A stretch of 64,000 bases of DNA from Phoronis australis. Lineage: Eukaryota; Animalia; Phoronida. Positions 39,890 to 54,237 of the stretch are shown piece after piece. Position numbers and translations under genes: made by a program. The notes below the pieces were generated by a model. That model worked only from the letters and a program-made list of their open reading frames with translations. It was not told where the DNA came from and did no database searches. How positions within the stretch are numbered: the first letter of the stretch is position 1; every line of letters starts with the position of its first letter. The stretch spans positions 788,440-852,439 of the forward strand of contig NMRA01000036.1 of assembly GCA_002633005.1 (NCBI GenBank). Direction: 5' to 3'.

Positions 39890-42880
39890 ATGTCACTTCA
39901 CTCCCCATTTTATCTCGAAATAAACTGAATTGTTACTTCAAACCACATTTCCTCATGAAACACACTAAATTGTTATTCCAGTCCCTATTTACTGGGATGT
40001 GACAGGGACGAAATGAAGGCAGTCTTCAACATCTTTTGAACCAATCGCAAGGAAGAGCATTTATTTCCCCCGAGGCGCAGCGCTTCGCTCTAGTGTCTCA
40101 AAGATTGCACTGATTTCCCCACAAAGTTCATGTGTATATTGTTTCACTTGTTCAAAAATTTCCTAAAAATTTACAGATACTTTGCAAATTTACTACTTTC
40201 CCAGACAATTTTAGTATAGGTAATATTCTTCGAATGAGACCATTACAAATAGTGTACATTGTTTTCGTTTTATTGCAAAACCACTGAATTAAATGTGTTT
40301 TAGACAGGAACAAACTGTAAGTACTTAAGCAAAATTTTGTCACAAACATGTCCGTTAAGGAAGAAATTGATTTTATGTCGGTTTGATTTGTTACGAAATA
40401 TCCTCAGTTTGAAGCTTTGTTTGTAACAGTCCTTGAGATGCGCGGAGCACGTGACATTTACGTAACCAAGGAGTTCAGAAACGAAATATGTCGCAAATAA
40501 GCCCAAGAACACACCTTGGCACCAATAGATCAAACGGTATTTACCAGCAGTCAAGTCCATTGGTAGTTCCGACATGTCAATCAAGCTACAAATTTCAGCC
40601 AATCGGGGCGCGGGATAAACTGCGACATCATTCATCTTGGCTCATAAACGAAAGCAAAATGTGTTTTTCCACGAGTTTGGGACACTTACAGAGAAGACCA
40701 ACGATGTACGGAGAACAAACAAGGAAAGTTGCTAGACGGATGTAAAAGAATGTGGTGGACCTCATGGTCAGGCGAATATACACCGACGGAATATACGTCA
40801 GAATAAACATATTCCAAAATGAAATACATAGGGCCTATACCCGGCAAATCATATGTCCGTAGGGATGGGGATGGGCTTCAGGGCCATTTGAATCCGATTG
40901 TGGTATAAATAAGAACTGTGAGTGACACCACACGTGATTTACGGACACGTGACATCGTCGAGAGGATTCACGTATTCTAATTACCATCACAAGACCGGAC
41001 GGACGGACAGACGGACGGACGGAGAAGATGACGGCATAATGCGTCCACATATAAATACGTGGGCACATAAAAATGAAAAGATTATTTTATAAAAATTCCG
41101 ATCCAATACTTTGTGTTACTGACAGTGCACATTGTACTTGCCAATCACCCCACTCTTGCAACCACCCTTTTTCCCGCCATACCGCAACATCATCAAAATG
41201 TCCCGCATTTTAACATGCGGGGACACTGACATAGTATCATATGCTACGGTAATTTCTCTCGCGACAAAGCATTATTTTCCTAGTCGACTTAAACAAATAA
41301 ACGGGACGTTAAATGGGTATTTGAAGCACCTGCAATTGCGCATTCGATATAAACGAACAAAAAACGCCGTCGCACGCTTTTGGGTGCAACATCTCCTGTT
41401 CGACAAAAACGATGTCGGGACGTTTTTGTGTGTTGCGGCGAGCATTTCACCCTTGCGTTTTGGCACAGACTCAGATGACCTGCTTTTTATCCGGAATTTC
41501 CGCTTTTTCAATCCAGTTGTTCTGTTTTTTCATTCTCGCATGTTGAAAACTGTGGAACAGGTGTTAGCCTCTTTATCATGAATATATTTGTTATTTTTCA
41601 AAGTCCACTTTATTAGTAACATGGCAATCGTAAACGTGTTTCAATGTCTCTTGCTCACGTAACACACACTGCATGTATCAAAATCACTATTTTTTACTTT
41701 CTGAAGAAATGAGTTTATTTACAAACTACTATAGAAATCCATACACTGCAACCTACGTAATGATCTATCCACAGTACATTTCCTTTATCTGCAAATTCCG
41801 GATAGGTAGCTGGAGTAATGAATTTATCATATTTTTATAAATGCATCCTGAATTTCTATTGAAGAATTGTATCAAACTGCAATAAAGATCCAATTAATTT
41901 TTAAAGATGTATAATTTTGGATGAATGCCTTGCTAAATTCTACAGGGCAACTGTATTCTGCGGTGTTGATAGGGTAGAAATCCTTTGAATCATTGAAATT
42001 ATTTCCTTAATGGTTTAATTAGTCATTTATATAACATATCTGGTTAGTTTCTTTTTTATGTTATTATTGCTATTATTTTCGCATTATGGTAACACTCTTG
42101 GTTTTTAGAATAAAAAATTAAACCTGTCAGGTATGTGAAATGATTAATTATTCATTAGTGTATTTATCGTTTGCTTTTGCTATAATCAGAGCCATCAAGA
42201 ACTGATGGAGGACTTTAAAATGATATTACACTTACAATTCGGCTGAAAAACGGCGGAGTTGCGAAAAGTATTAGTGACAGTAAATTCCATAGGAATAATC
42301 AACACGGGAACAAGGGAATGGAAACAAATGCCACGCATGCAGAGCGCAACCTCAGCAGCGCGAGAGCGAAGTTGGCATACCAAGGTTAGAGTTCTATAAT
42401 ACTTGTAATACACTATGCATAGATAAAGGTGCTGACTATAACCTGCGATTTTATGGTTCTTGCAACAACATCTGCAATTATAACCACAGTAACTTGCAAC
42501 ATGACGTGGACTAGCCACGTTCCAGATACCAGCGCGCAGTCGGCTTCGTGGAAGCCAATAATACTGTCAATTTCGTGACCGCAACCACTTTCTTGTTTGG
42601 AAAGTCACGTGAATTGACTTATCTAGTAGATGTCGTTTAAATAAATTTCAACGAAGTAGCAATAATTCAGTACACGGAGTTGCCGTTAGGTGGATATCAG
42701 AAATATAGCGAGGGCAAAAAGGCCATATTACCCGATCTTGTGAAGCTGTCGTGGTGCGCTATCCCATCATTGTTTTGAGTCATTTGGCAGTTCATGAAAC
42801 GGATATCCGAACTAAGGGTTCTCGCCCTGCAAACTTTTCAGCAAGCTGTCCCGATGGGGCATTTTAAAGACGAGGAATGA

Positions 42881-43615
42881 CAAGCATGAATATTCTTGCC
42901 ATTTAGCCAGTTTCATGCTAACTTAGCCAGGCATAAAAAGTCTTGCCATTTAACCAGTTTCATGCTAACTTAGCCATTCCTACCCCAAGCATGAATATTC
43001 TTGCAATTCAGCCAGTTTCATGCTAACTTAGCCATGTCCACCCCAAGCATGAATATTCTTGCCGTTTAGCCAGTTTCATGCTAACTTAACNNNNNNNNNN
43101 NNNNNNNNNNNNNNNNNNNNNNNNNNNNNNNNNNNNNNNNNNNNNNNNNNNNNNNNNNNNNNNNNNNNNNNNNNNNNNNNNNNNNNNNNNNNNNNNNNNN
43201 NNNNNNNNNNNNNNNNNNNNNNNNNNNNNNNNNNNNCATTTAGCCAGTTTCATGCTAACTTAGCCGTGCCAACCACAAGCATGAATATTCTTGCCATTTA
43301 GCCAGTTTCATGCTAACTTAGCCAGGCATGAATATTCTTGCCATTGAACCAGTTTCATGCTAACTTAGCCATTCCTACCCTAAGCATGAATATTCTTGTC
43401 ATTTAGCCAGTTTCATGCTAACTTAGCCGTGCCAACCCCAAGCATGAATATTCTTGCCATTTAGCCAGTTTCATGCTAACTTAGCCATTCCTACCCCAAG
43501 CATGAATATTCTTGCCATTTAGCCAGTTTCATGTTAACTTAGCCGTGCCAACCCCAAGCATGAATATTCTTGCCATTTAGCCAGTTTTATGCTAACTTAG
43601 CCATGCCCACCCCAA
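42881..43615. repeat. 58-bp tandem satellite spanning an N gap (43091-43236)
   Basis: Unit AGCATGAATATTCTTGCCATTTAGCCAGTTTCATGCTAACTTAGCCRTKCCWACCCCA. Confidence 0.9.
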
Positions 43616-44258
43616 ATACTGCGAGGGCAGAAAGCGAGAACGCCCGATCTCGCGAAACTGTCCTGGGGCTTGGCCCCACCAACTCATCATCATCAGCGGA
43701 CATCAACATGAAAATAAAAGTGAAACACATTGAGGTGAGGGGACCAACCTCTGCCCTCATTGGAGGGCCGTTGCTAAGTTACTCAAATTAATTCGAAAGC
43801 CAACCAAGAGTCAGAAAAGATCGGAGCCGTCTAGGCTCAACGTGGACTAAAGCTGGCACCTCGGTGTTTGAATCGACCTGAAATCTGAATGAAGGTTGGT
43901 TGATGGGGTCACAACTCATGAATGGGCTCAAAGGTAATGTATATATGCCGCTGTATGTAACACTTATTTTTTCCAAGCTCTATTTGTGATTGTGTGGCTC
44001 CATGGCGGTAACAGTTTCAGTGATTTATCATCGAATAGAATCTGACCTGCATTTCGTAGACTCAAGGAACGTTAGAAAATGAAAGAGGAAGCAAGAATTC
44101 GTGAGATACCGCCATGTGTTTACAAGCGAAGCACGTTATCATACCAGTTTTACTCCAGAAAACCTTGCGTCTATGGAACGCTGGCCTGGCGTGGTAATGC
44201 GAATGCTGGGGACTTCTTCATTTTGCTTTGCACTTGTGGGACTTCAAAACACTTACAA

Positions 44259-45568
44259 CCGATTTTATAAAGGTGGTTTAACAAAACCAGGTTGAAGACT
44301 TAAACTTGGTCTTCCTAAACCTGGTCTAATTTTAGACCTAACTTGCATTTCACCAACGTGGTTTAAAAGTCTGAAGGCCTGGTTTTGTTAGGCCAGGGAG
44401 AAGGTTTAGAAAAACCAGGCGCGCGTTCAGTAACGCTAGGACCTACGCTTGGACCTAGCTAAAAAGTCACGTGTTTTCATTCAAAATACAACGACAATGC
44501 CTCACATAATCTCGCGAAGTCTTGCTCTTTAGCGAGGTCCTAGCGTTACTGAACTGGAGGCAGGTTTAAAGTATCTAAGCCACTCTACTGTGTCGATATG
44601 GATTAACCCTACAAAGAAGCTATTGGAGAAATTTAATGAAACCTTGATCACGTGGGTATACAATGACACACACTAGTAGAATCAGTGCAGACATTTACGA
44701 AAAAGGTCTAAAAGTTTTTCTCATGAGGAAAAATGTAATGTCTGTGCCCAACACACGTACACAAATTAAAGAACATCCTCACGATTAGATGTAACATGAT
44801 AAATGCCCAAATTTATTTCCGTGTCATTTTAGTGTTTATTTTTCGCGGCCAAAGGGGGGCAAGACCCCTTCCCGGCAACAATAAGACCAGTGGAGGTGGA
44901 ACTCAGTCAAAAGAATCAGAAGATGCTGTCTTCAGTCAAACCCGTAGCGCTTACGACGATGACGCTCTGCTCGACTAGTCGTATTCTGGGGAATCCGCAG
45001 GACATCCTCTAGCACGTACTAGTCTGCGCATAGGCGGATCCAAGGGGGTGAAGGGGTTCGGACCCCCTTTTTCCTTTGATTTTAGTGATATCAAATCTAT
45101 AGTTTTCAAACTGTTGACTTCATCCCCAGTTTTAAAAAGTCCTTGACCGCTCCCCCTCCCCCTTTAAAAATCCTGGATCCGTCCCTGCTACGTTTGGTCG
45201 TAAAACTGAATATTGAAAATAGTCCATTTTCGTTCTAAAACTGAGTCGCAAATGCTCTCCGCGGCATCATTCAATTGCACCTATATCATGCAAGTCTAAC
45301 ATATTTAACTGTTAAACCTGGTTCTGGCCAAGTCTAAAGTTAAACATGGTTTTTATCTTAAAAGATCTTAATACATGTCTAAAGAATATAGATCTCGTTG
45401 GTGAAATGAAAACTGACTTGAATCATGTCTAAACTGAAGTTAAACCAGGTTTTACTAGACCACTGGTCTAAAAGTAAAACCACCTTTATGAAATGCAGAT
45501 TTTCTTTAAACCTGGTCTAAATCCAGTTTAAGCCAGGTATAACTTTAAACCACCTTTATGAAATCGGC
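44259..45568. mobile_element. PIF/Harbinger-like MITE with nested MITEs (~44418-44562 and ~45030-45187)
   Basis: TIR CCGATTTTATAAAGGTGGTTTAA / TTAAACCACCTTTATGAAATCGG; internal TTCAGTAACGCTAGGACCT palindrome and GGCGGATCCA...TGGATCCGTCCCTG element. Confidence 0.65.
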
Positions 45569-45864
45569 TATTAGTGGACTTGGCCTAACAGCGATTTTCG
45601 AATCTTTCCAATACCATTGGAATACGCTACTTAAATTAACGGAAAATGGGGTAACACTTCAAACCGTGAAACCACGAAAAGCTGGCCTACATTCGGACTT
45701 TAGCTTACGTATGCATACTTGAACAAAGAAACTTAGTGAGCGCCGAAAATAGCTCGTCAGTGTTTGAAGATTTGGACATAGACTAGAGAGTAAAAATGCA
45801 AAAAAGCAATCAGTTTATGTCACGCAACTGTACTTCTAAAGAAAAGAAAAACATTAATACTTAC

Positions 45865-45932
45865 GGAAATCGGTCAAAGCTGTCACGGAAGCCTTTCGCA
45901 AAAGGATTATAGTCAATTTTTAGCTGCGTTAT
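45865..45932 (-). CDS. EOMES: Eomes/Tbr1 exon, end of T-box
   Basis: Manual translation ITQLKIDYNPFAKGFRDSFDRF(P); TTTCAG acceptor, GTAAGT donor; 68 nt. Confidence 0.92.
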
Positions 45933-46346
45933 CTGAAATGTAAATCAATCAAGATGTACTTGCAGCAAAAGAAAGAAACATTACAATGGAAATCAAAATC
46001 CACAAGGTGGCGCAAATTAAGAAAGGCTAATGCATGCATTCACAGCTAAGTTTCTCAAAACCTGGCGTGCGTTCCATAGACATGAGAACTTCGCGAAATC
46101 AAAAATCAAGATCACACAATACTTCCCAAAATATCGCCACGTATTACATACGAGATTCTGTTGCCAGATTCTTTTGTTTACGAAAATCAGACAAGGTCTT
46201 TGCGACTTTGATGAGACCATGGACTTCTTCGAAAGATATCACCACGTATTACAAATAATGCATTGACTGTAGTGGCTTTCCCTTGGGAGTGATTGCGCCT
46301 TTGTAACGGGTCTCAGGTAATTACAAAGACCCTGAGACCAATATCT

Positions 46347-46673
46347 TTGGCCAAATGAGTAAACGTTGCGCTGTTAAATTACGTGCATAAGTTAATTCTC
46401 GTTAGATACGTGAAGTAATTATTTGCGGCGAAAAGTAATTATTTGTGGCGTAACGTAATTATTTGCGCGGTAAAGTAATTATTTTTGGCGTAAAGTAACT
46501 TTTAACGCCGCAAATAATTACTTTACGCCGTAAAGTAATAATTACTTTACGCCCTAAATAATTACTTTACCCCGCAAATAATTACTTTACGCCGCAAACA
46601 ATTACTTTACACCTATAACAATAATTAACTTACGCACGTAATTTAACGGCGTAACATTCACCCATTTGGCCAA
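46347..46673. mobile_element. Foldback MITE with internal inverted arrays of a ~20-bp unit
   Basis: TTGGCCAAATG...CATTTGGCCAA termini; AAAGTAATTATTTGCGGCG repeats facing CGCCGCAAATAATTACTTT repeats. Confidence 0.8.
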
Positions 46674-48826
46674 CGGTAGACCAACACCAACAGGCTGATA
46701 AACTACATTCTGCTCTCAGTCTATTCAAGTAAAATAGGGATTGATACAATTGTTAAAATGTAGAACAAATAATGCCAACATTTTTGGTAAAATAGATGTT
46801 TCAAGAGTTAAATTTAACTAAACGGGAATTACATTATGAACGTAGACAACTTGTACGAAACAGTGTTCCTTTCTCAATTAAGTTCCACACTGCGGTTGTC
46901 ATATATTTGCAATCTCTCTCGCCATTGACATTGCCCATTGTAATAAGTGGCGTTGCACAATGTATCAAATGTTTACACATTTTCTTAAATCATCGCCTGA
47001 TTAACGTGAAGACTCTGGCATTAACATTGGGAAGAAACATTTTGAAAGGTTAACGTATTTTAGACCAGTCTTTCGCTTTTTAAAAATATCTTAAGATTAG
47101 ATAGAGAGATTTCTTTGAAAAGTAATACTGAAAAGGAACATGCCATTGGCAACCAAATGCACAAGAGATTGATTAGTTTCTTAACCAGCTCAAGCATTCC
47201 AGGAATGCCTACTTGCGGTGAACGGAACTTAAGCCCTGCTGGATGTTAGAATTTTATACAAGTTTAAACTGATGACGCAATATTCATTCTTTTGTACTAA
47301 AAATCACCTTGGTGGCTTAGTGGTAAAGCTTTGTACTGAAACATCATCGTATGCTAGTTCGAACTCTAAAGGGTCCAAAACACCATACGATATGTGCATT
47401 GAAAACATATACGCGATGGGCCGTAACTCATAACATTCATTGTTGTGAGTACTTTGGGGGGAGGTAACTTTTAGTTTTTTATACGTGACTAGATAATACA
47501 TAATTCAATGTGTTCTCATATTTACACTTGCACAGTTTAAAAAAGGTGACTGTTTTTGTTGCAAGAAATATTATTTACATTTCTGCCACTTAGTGGCGCT
47601 TTTCTATTAAATTGACCAACCAGAGAACCAGATTGTATTGTTGTGCTGAATGACTTCAATATGACAGTTCCCATGGAGTGAGATAACTTTATATTCACGT
47701 TTATGAAACAGCACTAAATTGTAAAAAAAAATCAGAACCTGAAGAAGCTTACAGAAGCATCCTGGAAAAATCTGATGGACTGTGCAACTTTACACTGTAG
47801 TTCAGTTTAGATGGAAAAGAACAGGAAGTGTCTCAAACATATGTGCAGGAGAACAAGCTGATTTGCTGAACTGTCTCATTATAACAGGACCTGCTACAGA
47901 TACTAGGCGACAGAACAAAAATTGAAAGGGCACAGAAACGCGTAGCAACGTTTCAAGACACCAGCGGTAGTAATAAAATTGAAGCTGCTGAAAGTGACAC
48001 AGGTGTTGCCCTAGATTTCCCAAGAAAATCAATCAGACTTTCAAAACCTGAAATGCCAAACTAATCAGGAGCTTAGCAATGCGCTTTCTGACACCCTAGT
48101 GCATCATTTACGAAAAGTGGGCCAATGTTATGGACCACATACATGTAACATGTCATCACTTGCTTGCGAGAGAGTATTACATCACCAGATCAGAAATGTT
48201 ATCGTAACTGTAACACACGATTAAATTTCCAGCATGCCACTCAAATCGACCCGTCTTACGCTGAAAAATACAAGTTGCTTCATTCACTGGTCACCTCAAC
48301 TGACAATGCAACGTGTTCCATCAGTTCTTATCCAATTCGATCCGTGTCTCCTTCTTAACAAACACGTGACGGGTTTAACGGAGTCACTCCGAAACAGTTA
48401 AACAAAATTTCTTCGTCACCATTGGCATTCACAATTTGTAGCACTATCCAAAAGAAGTACCCACTGTCAACCAAAACGTACATAATGAAAGAAAGCAAGA
48501 CAGAAAGCAAGTAAATCCCGCCTTAGGGTAATTCCGCATACAGGAGATGGAAAATCAAGTACAGGCCAATTCAGGGAAATACGATCGAAATGCAAAATGC
48601 TTTATTGACGCCAATAGACGGCCATTTCTAAATGATACTTTCAGCGTCTCCTAGAAACCTATTTGCCAATTTTCATGAAAATCCTTCAAAGAACTAACTC
48701 AAAAGATACATTTGAAAACGTAAAATACTAAATTGCCGCTAGAGGGCACAGAGGTAGTCGGAACGGTCTGAAATTCGTCGTCATCTGTTGCAGCTTCATG
48801 GAAAAACACCTGCCAAATCATATTGG

Positions 48827-49104
48827 GATCCTGAAGGGTTTTAGAAGATACAACAGCGGATGCTGGAGTTCCAGACGAGCAAGAGATGGAGGCAACATGC
48901 ATTCAGGCACATGTACATATGTGGGCGCTTAAAAATGTGAAACAATTTGGTTATGATGCAAAGATCCTGAAGGGTTTTAGAAGATACAACAGCGGATGCT
49001 GGAGTTCCAGACGAGCAAGAGATGGCGGCAACATGCATTCAGGCACATATACATATGTGGGCGCTTAAAAATGTGAAACAATGTGGTTATGATGCAAAGA
49101 TCCT
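48827..49104. repeat. 136-bp tandem duplication of a Helentron-like repeat end
   Basis: GATCCTGAAGGGTTTTAGAAGATAC... starts at 48827 and at 48963. Confidence 0.85.
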
Positions 49105-49470
49105 ACGGTTTCACGAAACTTTAAACAGTTTCAGGTCATTTGGTGCAACCATGGTCATTATGTGCATTTTGCATCTGAAATTTTGACCTTTTATTCACCA
49201 GGTATTCTGAAACTGTATTCTAAAACATGACGTCGCTTGAATTAGGCTTATGTGTGCCACAGAACACCAATCATACTTTGTCTCAGGTGGAAATCTGAGA
49301 AATGTGGGAGTGGCCCACAGAACAGTCTTATTCTCTGCCCGGACGAACGGACGGAATGAAGCCTTGCAGTACCATTTCTATATCCTATCGTCGGAGGATA
49401 GTAAAACTTTGAAGATATTCATCATAGTTACCGCACAGCGCAGAAGTAAAAGCACAAGTAGCTAACTCAC

Positions 49471-49611
49471 GTCCGTGTTTTGATAAGCTGTTACAGCAAT
49501 AAACTGGGTCTCTTGGAAACTGTGGGTTTGAAGGTTTTTCTGATCCCGCTGACTGCCAAGTTCCATAACATGTACACGAGGCTGATACTTGTGCATGGAA
49601 TTCAAGACAAT
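49471..49611 (-). CDS. EOMES: Eomes/Tbr1 T-box exon
   Basis: [47 protein letters not shown]; AYQNTD is typical of Tbr1/Eomes; 141 nt. Confidence 0.93.
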
Positions 49612-50089
49612 CTGAAAACATATAAACATGCAACCTTGTGATGACATACTCATCCTGCATATGGACATACCGAAGTTTAAGGTTATGCAGACAATTGTTG
49701 AAATTTTGTTTAACTTCGGAACATCATATCTTAAATGGCTCATCAGATTCGTGTGAAACTTTCCGATATTATGCATTACGCACTGTTCTCCAATACCATA
49801 TTCTAGAGTTGTTTAAAAATGGTCCACGTTTGCTTGAGGGGCTATCAAAAATAGAACTTTTATAATTTGGAAGAAAAAATCAAAATTTGTATGAAATAAA
49901 AACTGCCGCAGCGTTTTTGGTATTTCATTTTGAAAGTTATATGAAATGAAATTTGTTGATGTTATTGATACTGCTTTTTTGCTGCCAATGTACCTTTCTT
50001 TGTTGCTAAATTTAAAAAAAAGAGCACGTGACCGAGTTGATGGCAGGTTGTTAAAAAATTAAAAATCCTGTTCTACATGCTTTCCTATT

Positions 50090-51050
50090 TCAGAACATGT
50101 TACACCTGTCCCACATATTAACAGTCAATACTCTAATCTTACACACTGATATGCGGTGCTATAATGTTACACCTATCCTACACAATAGGCAACATCATAT
50201 TGGAAAAGACAATTCTGTGATGTTACACCTGTCCTATATAACAAAATACGATACTGTAATGTTACATATAACCTAGGCATCAACAGGCAATTCTGTAATG
50301 TTACACTTGTCTTACATACCAACTGACACTACTGTAATGTTACACATATCCTTGATATCAACAAGCAGTACTGTAATGTTACAACTATCCCACATAGGAT
50401 CCGGCAATAATCATGTTACACATATCCCTAATACTAACAGGCAATATTGTCATGTTACACCTATCCTGTATAACAACAGACAATACCTATCCCAGATTAC
50501 TGGTGCGGTAACAGGGCACAACGGGTGTAATGCCGCCTGTTAATTGCAAAAAATCCCTCCCCCACTAAACAATCATTTCAATTTTACATTTGCCTCCTTG
50601 TTCCTTGAATTGTGCCACCAAGTTGTCATTCATTTCCACAACTCGCTTTTTGCATACGTAGTCTCATGTACCTGATTCACACAAACAAGGGAGTCGAGCA
50701 GAAATTGACGGGTTTAGGGATTATCAGACTTAGGCTACATCGAGCTTGGGGATACCGTACTGATGGAACATACATGTTGCCACGGAGTAAAATGAAGATA
50801 CCTTACTGAAGAGACATACATGCTGTCATGGAGGAACATGGGGCGTGGATACCGTAATAATCGCACATACAAGTTGCCATGGAGGAAAATGAGGACGAAA
50901 ATAACCGTACTGATATAACATACGTGTTTGCAATGGAGGAACATGGTGACACCGTATTGCCAGGAAGGAACATGAGGACGAGATATCGTACCCATGGGAC
51001 ATACATGTTGCCATGGAGAAACATGGGGACAGGGATACCAGACTGATAAA
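50090..51050. repeat. Two degenerate minisatellites (~50090-50490 and ~50745-51050)
   Basis: Recurring TGTAATGTTACAC.TATCC units, then CCATGGAGGAACATG...GATACCGTACTGAT units. Confidence 0.7.
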
Positions 51051-51157
51051 AAATTGTTAAATGTTATTAATTTGATTGGCAGCATTGCCAGTTTTGTAAT
51101 ATATTTCTGTTTACATTTTCAATAACACTATCAACATATTTGGAACAGTAAAGTTTA

Positions 51158-53010
51158 TGTTATGTGGATGTTCTTATACACAACACAACACAGTTCGATT
51201 TGTAGCGTAAGTCTCCATTTCTATTCCGACGGAGTGCCACCACACTAATATTTTCTCTCATCCAAAAAACCAAAGGTAGCAAAGAAAATAACCAACGAAA
51301 GAACACTTGCAACTAAGAAATACGATATTATATTCTATACTGGTATCAAAGAAAACAACAATGTCCATAGCAGGCTTCGTGGAGCACACGTCCTCGTTTG
51401 CAGTGATACAGTTTTTGAACCTGGCAGGAGGTCTCGAGGTTTTCGTCCTTGTGCTCTGACGGTGGACCGTTGTTTCTGTCGGGGCTGCTAAATATGTGGG
51501 TTGTCCAGTCACTGTCTGCATCCGATCTTGTGTCCTGGCGACGGACTTGGTGTTGACGGATGGATTGTCATAGCAGCTACCAGAGACCCAGGGAGTGCTG
51601 GCTACAGGACAATTTGTGGCTGTGTCAGCAGTGGCAAAGCTGTCCGAAGCACAAGTCTCGGTGTTCGCTGAGCATGATGCGTCTGCTGCGGAGTATCTTA
51701 GCGTTCAGGAGTGAAACGTGCCAGAGGAGCTGCCCGTCAGAGCTCTACGTGGTTTCTGCGAATTGTACCTAGCGGAGTTTCGATGGTATACGAACGTTCG
51801 TCGTCTTTCTTGGCTATCCTACCATACATCCAGGCCGTTCCACAGCTGCGTGGTGGTGGTTTAGCATATGCGTATTCCCAATGATTTAGCGGAGCGTGCT
51901 CCGGTCCCACAGATCTGTCATTGTACTTATTACTTGCGACTCGCTTGGCACTGATTTCTGTTGTCATCCATTGGAAATCCACGGATTGTGGGAGCAGGAG
52001 GTCATCTGTTGCAAGCAGTGAGGTTCGCGTCCGACGATAAAGCATTCGCTGAGCTGTGAGTGGGAGTGACGCTGCGGTGGTGTGTTGTGATAGTGTAGTA
52101 GAGCCTGGTGGATGTCGGTAGATTTCTTCAGCATCGTTTCTTCGATCTGAACTACGGCTTCAGCTCTCTCGTTCATCATGAGATGATATGGGGATGACGT
52201 GGTGTGTTGGTGTGTTTGAAAACAAACTTATTGACAAACATTTCATTCTCGTGACCTATGAACTGAAGCCCGTTTTCAGAGTGACACACGTTCAGTACGT
52301 CAAACCGTGAAAAATGGGCAATTGTTTCGGACATTGTGGTTCCGGCTGAGATATCCTCAAGCTCATCCATCTCACTCCAATCCAAGTACTTTCTCCCATG
52401 AAGGGCGAATATGTCTTGACGCAATGTCTACCAGGGTAAAGCTGAGTTGCATAAGGACTTCATGAGTTCTCGTGGCGCTGTCTTACCAAATATTTTGCGC
52501 AAGTCGTGCATGAGTTGCACATATCTGCCGAACGCATCTTTGGAGGGAGAAACATTTGGCATGGCATAACTTAGTTGCTGGCTTAGTGTAGGTATCAGGA
52601 GCTTTTGATGGAGAATTTCTTTGTAAATTGTCTGAATGAAGTTGATCAGTTTTTTATTCTTAATTAGTTTGAACCTGTAGTGCGCTTTTACGACACTCAA
52701 CTCAGTACCCCCACACAATATTGGCGCTTGCTTACTGCCGTGTATTACTGCATGTATGTCGGATCAGCATACGGAGGGATTTGAACGATATGTTTCTGAG
52801 TTTGACATTATATTTTTTCACAACAATAGTCTCAGTATCAGCCTCTCTGAGTTCTTTTTGACGTCGTCTTTGTTTCAAACCTTAGTTCACGCTTATCCCA
52901 CTCTTGGCACCAAGTTTATGTGATTGGTTCTCCTATGCAACACAACACAGTTCAATCAATAGCGTAAATCACCATTTGTATTCCCACGCACGCGACCAGC
53001 ATCCCAACAC
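51158..53010 (-). mobile_element. Internally deleted, decayed Ty3/Gypsy LTR retrotransposon with ~95-bp LTRs
   Basis: Integrase remnants (HFSRF..SENGLQF..NERAE.AVQ..ALLHYHNTP..RRTRT..RSYTIETP.GTIRRN); LTR-like direct repeats ~51158-51250 and ~52913-53010; PBS TGGTGCCAAGAGTGGGAT (52912-52895, tRNA-Leu-like); purine tract GGATGAGAGAAAA before the 3' LTR. Confidence 0.8.
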
Positions 53011-54121
53011 ATGCACAAAACATTATCCCTGTATGAATTTTTGAGTATATAATGATTTCTTTATTTTCACATGGTTTTTATATTCAATCATTCTTAAAAA
53101 TTCAAAAACAAAAATTTTCCAAAATACGTAAAATAACAAATATTGTATTAATGAAACCCTTCATGTATTAATTGACTGATGAATTGACTAATTAGTTAAC
53201 TAATTAACTTGTAATGTCAATTAATGTAGAGTATAATAGTAAAACGAAAAAGAAATGAACCAGGTAGGCAATGTATAAAAGACTTACCGGGAGATGGTTT
53301 CAATGATTCAAAAGATTGCTACCGGATAAGCACGAACATTTTAGAATAAAAGTCCCCCGTTGCAGTGAAAAAAAATACATGCATTCATTTAAAATTATAC
53401 ATCTTTATATATTAATTCGATCTTTGGCGTTGCTTGAAACAACTACGTTCTTCACTGAAAGTCCAGGTTGTAATGGCACGTACAAAATATGTGACCACTT
53501 AATCACTAAAGCTACCTATCCGAAATTTGCAGATAAGGGATCTGATAGATAAAAGGAGATAACATCGATTGTGCAGCTTTGAAAAAAATCAATTCTCCAG
53601 TTACTAAACAATAAATCATATGACAGATTGACGTACTTGGAGAAAAATATTGCCAACTGTAACTGGTAAAAAACTCACATTCACATCCATATTTGTTGCT
53701 CTTACTTTTACACAGTAAACTCACGAACTTTAATATCGTAAAATCTACCTCCAATTAAAGTCAACTATTTCTCGCTTACACAGCTTATGCTTTGTGAAAA
53801 TTAGGCCCGTTTTGCAAATTTGGCTCAGCATCGTGCATGTCAACGTCCACTGTTTTGTAACGGCTAAGACAAGTTTCACTCACGGCTAAACTGCTTCTGG
53901 TTTTTACTCAAGTGTTTCACATACAGATATAGACTCAGCTTCAAATATATGTAGGCGCGTGAGCCTAAAGTAACCACTTGGGAGGCCTGAACGACTCACT
54001 TGACCCACTATAAGGGTCCCTACCGAAGTTTCTTAGACACCTGTGTTAAACAATAACATAACTTGCAGTACAATCATAAATTACTAAAGTGCAACAAAAC
54101 AAATGCGGTCTGGATACTTAC

Positions 54122-54237
54122 AAAGCTTTGGTCACAGTTTTTATTGTTGGTCAGTTTGAGTTTGCCGAACACTATATCCTGTTTCATCCAATGTGCGCCA
54201 GAGCTCGGAGAGTCCGGATGTAGATATACACGACCAG
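54122..54237 (-). CDS. EOMES: Eomes/Tbr1 T-box exon
   Basis: (T)[38 protein letters not shown]; 116 nt; phase-compatible. Confidence 0.92.

Noticed and set aside
42881-43615. CRISPR-like array
   Set aside because: No unique spacers, no cas genes, eukaryotic context; a plain satellite
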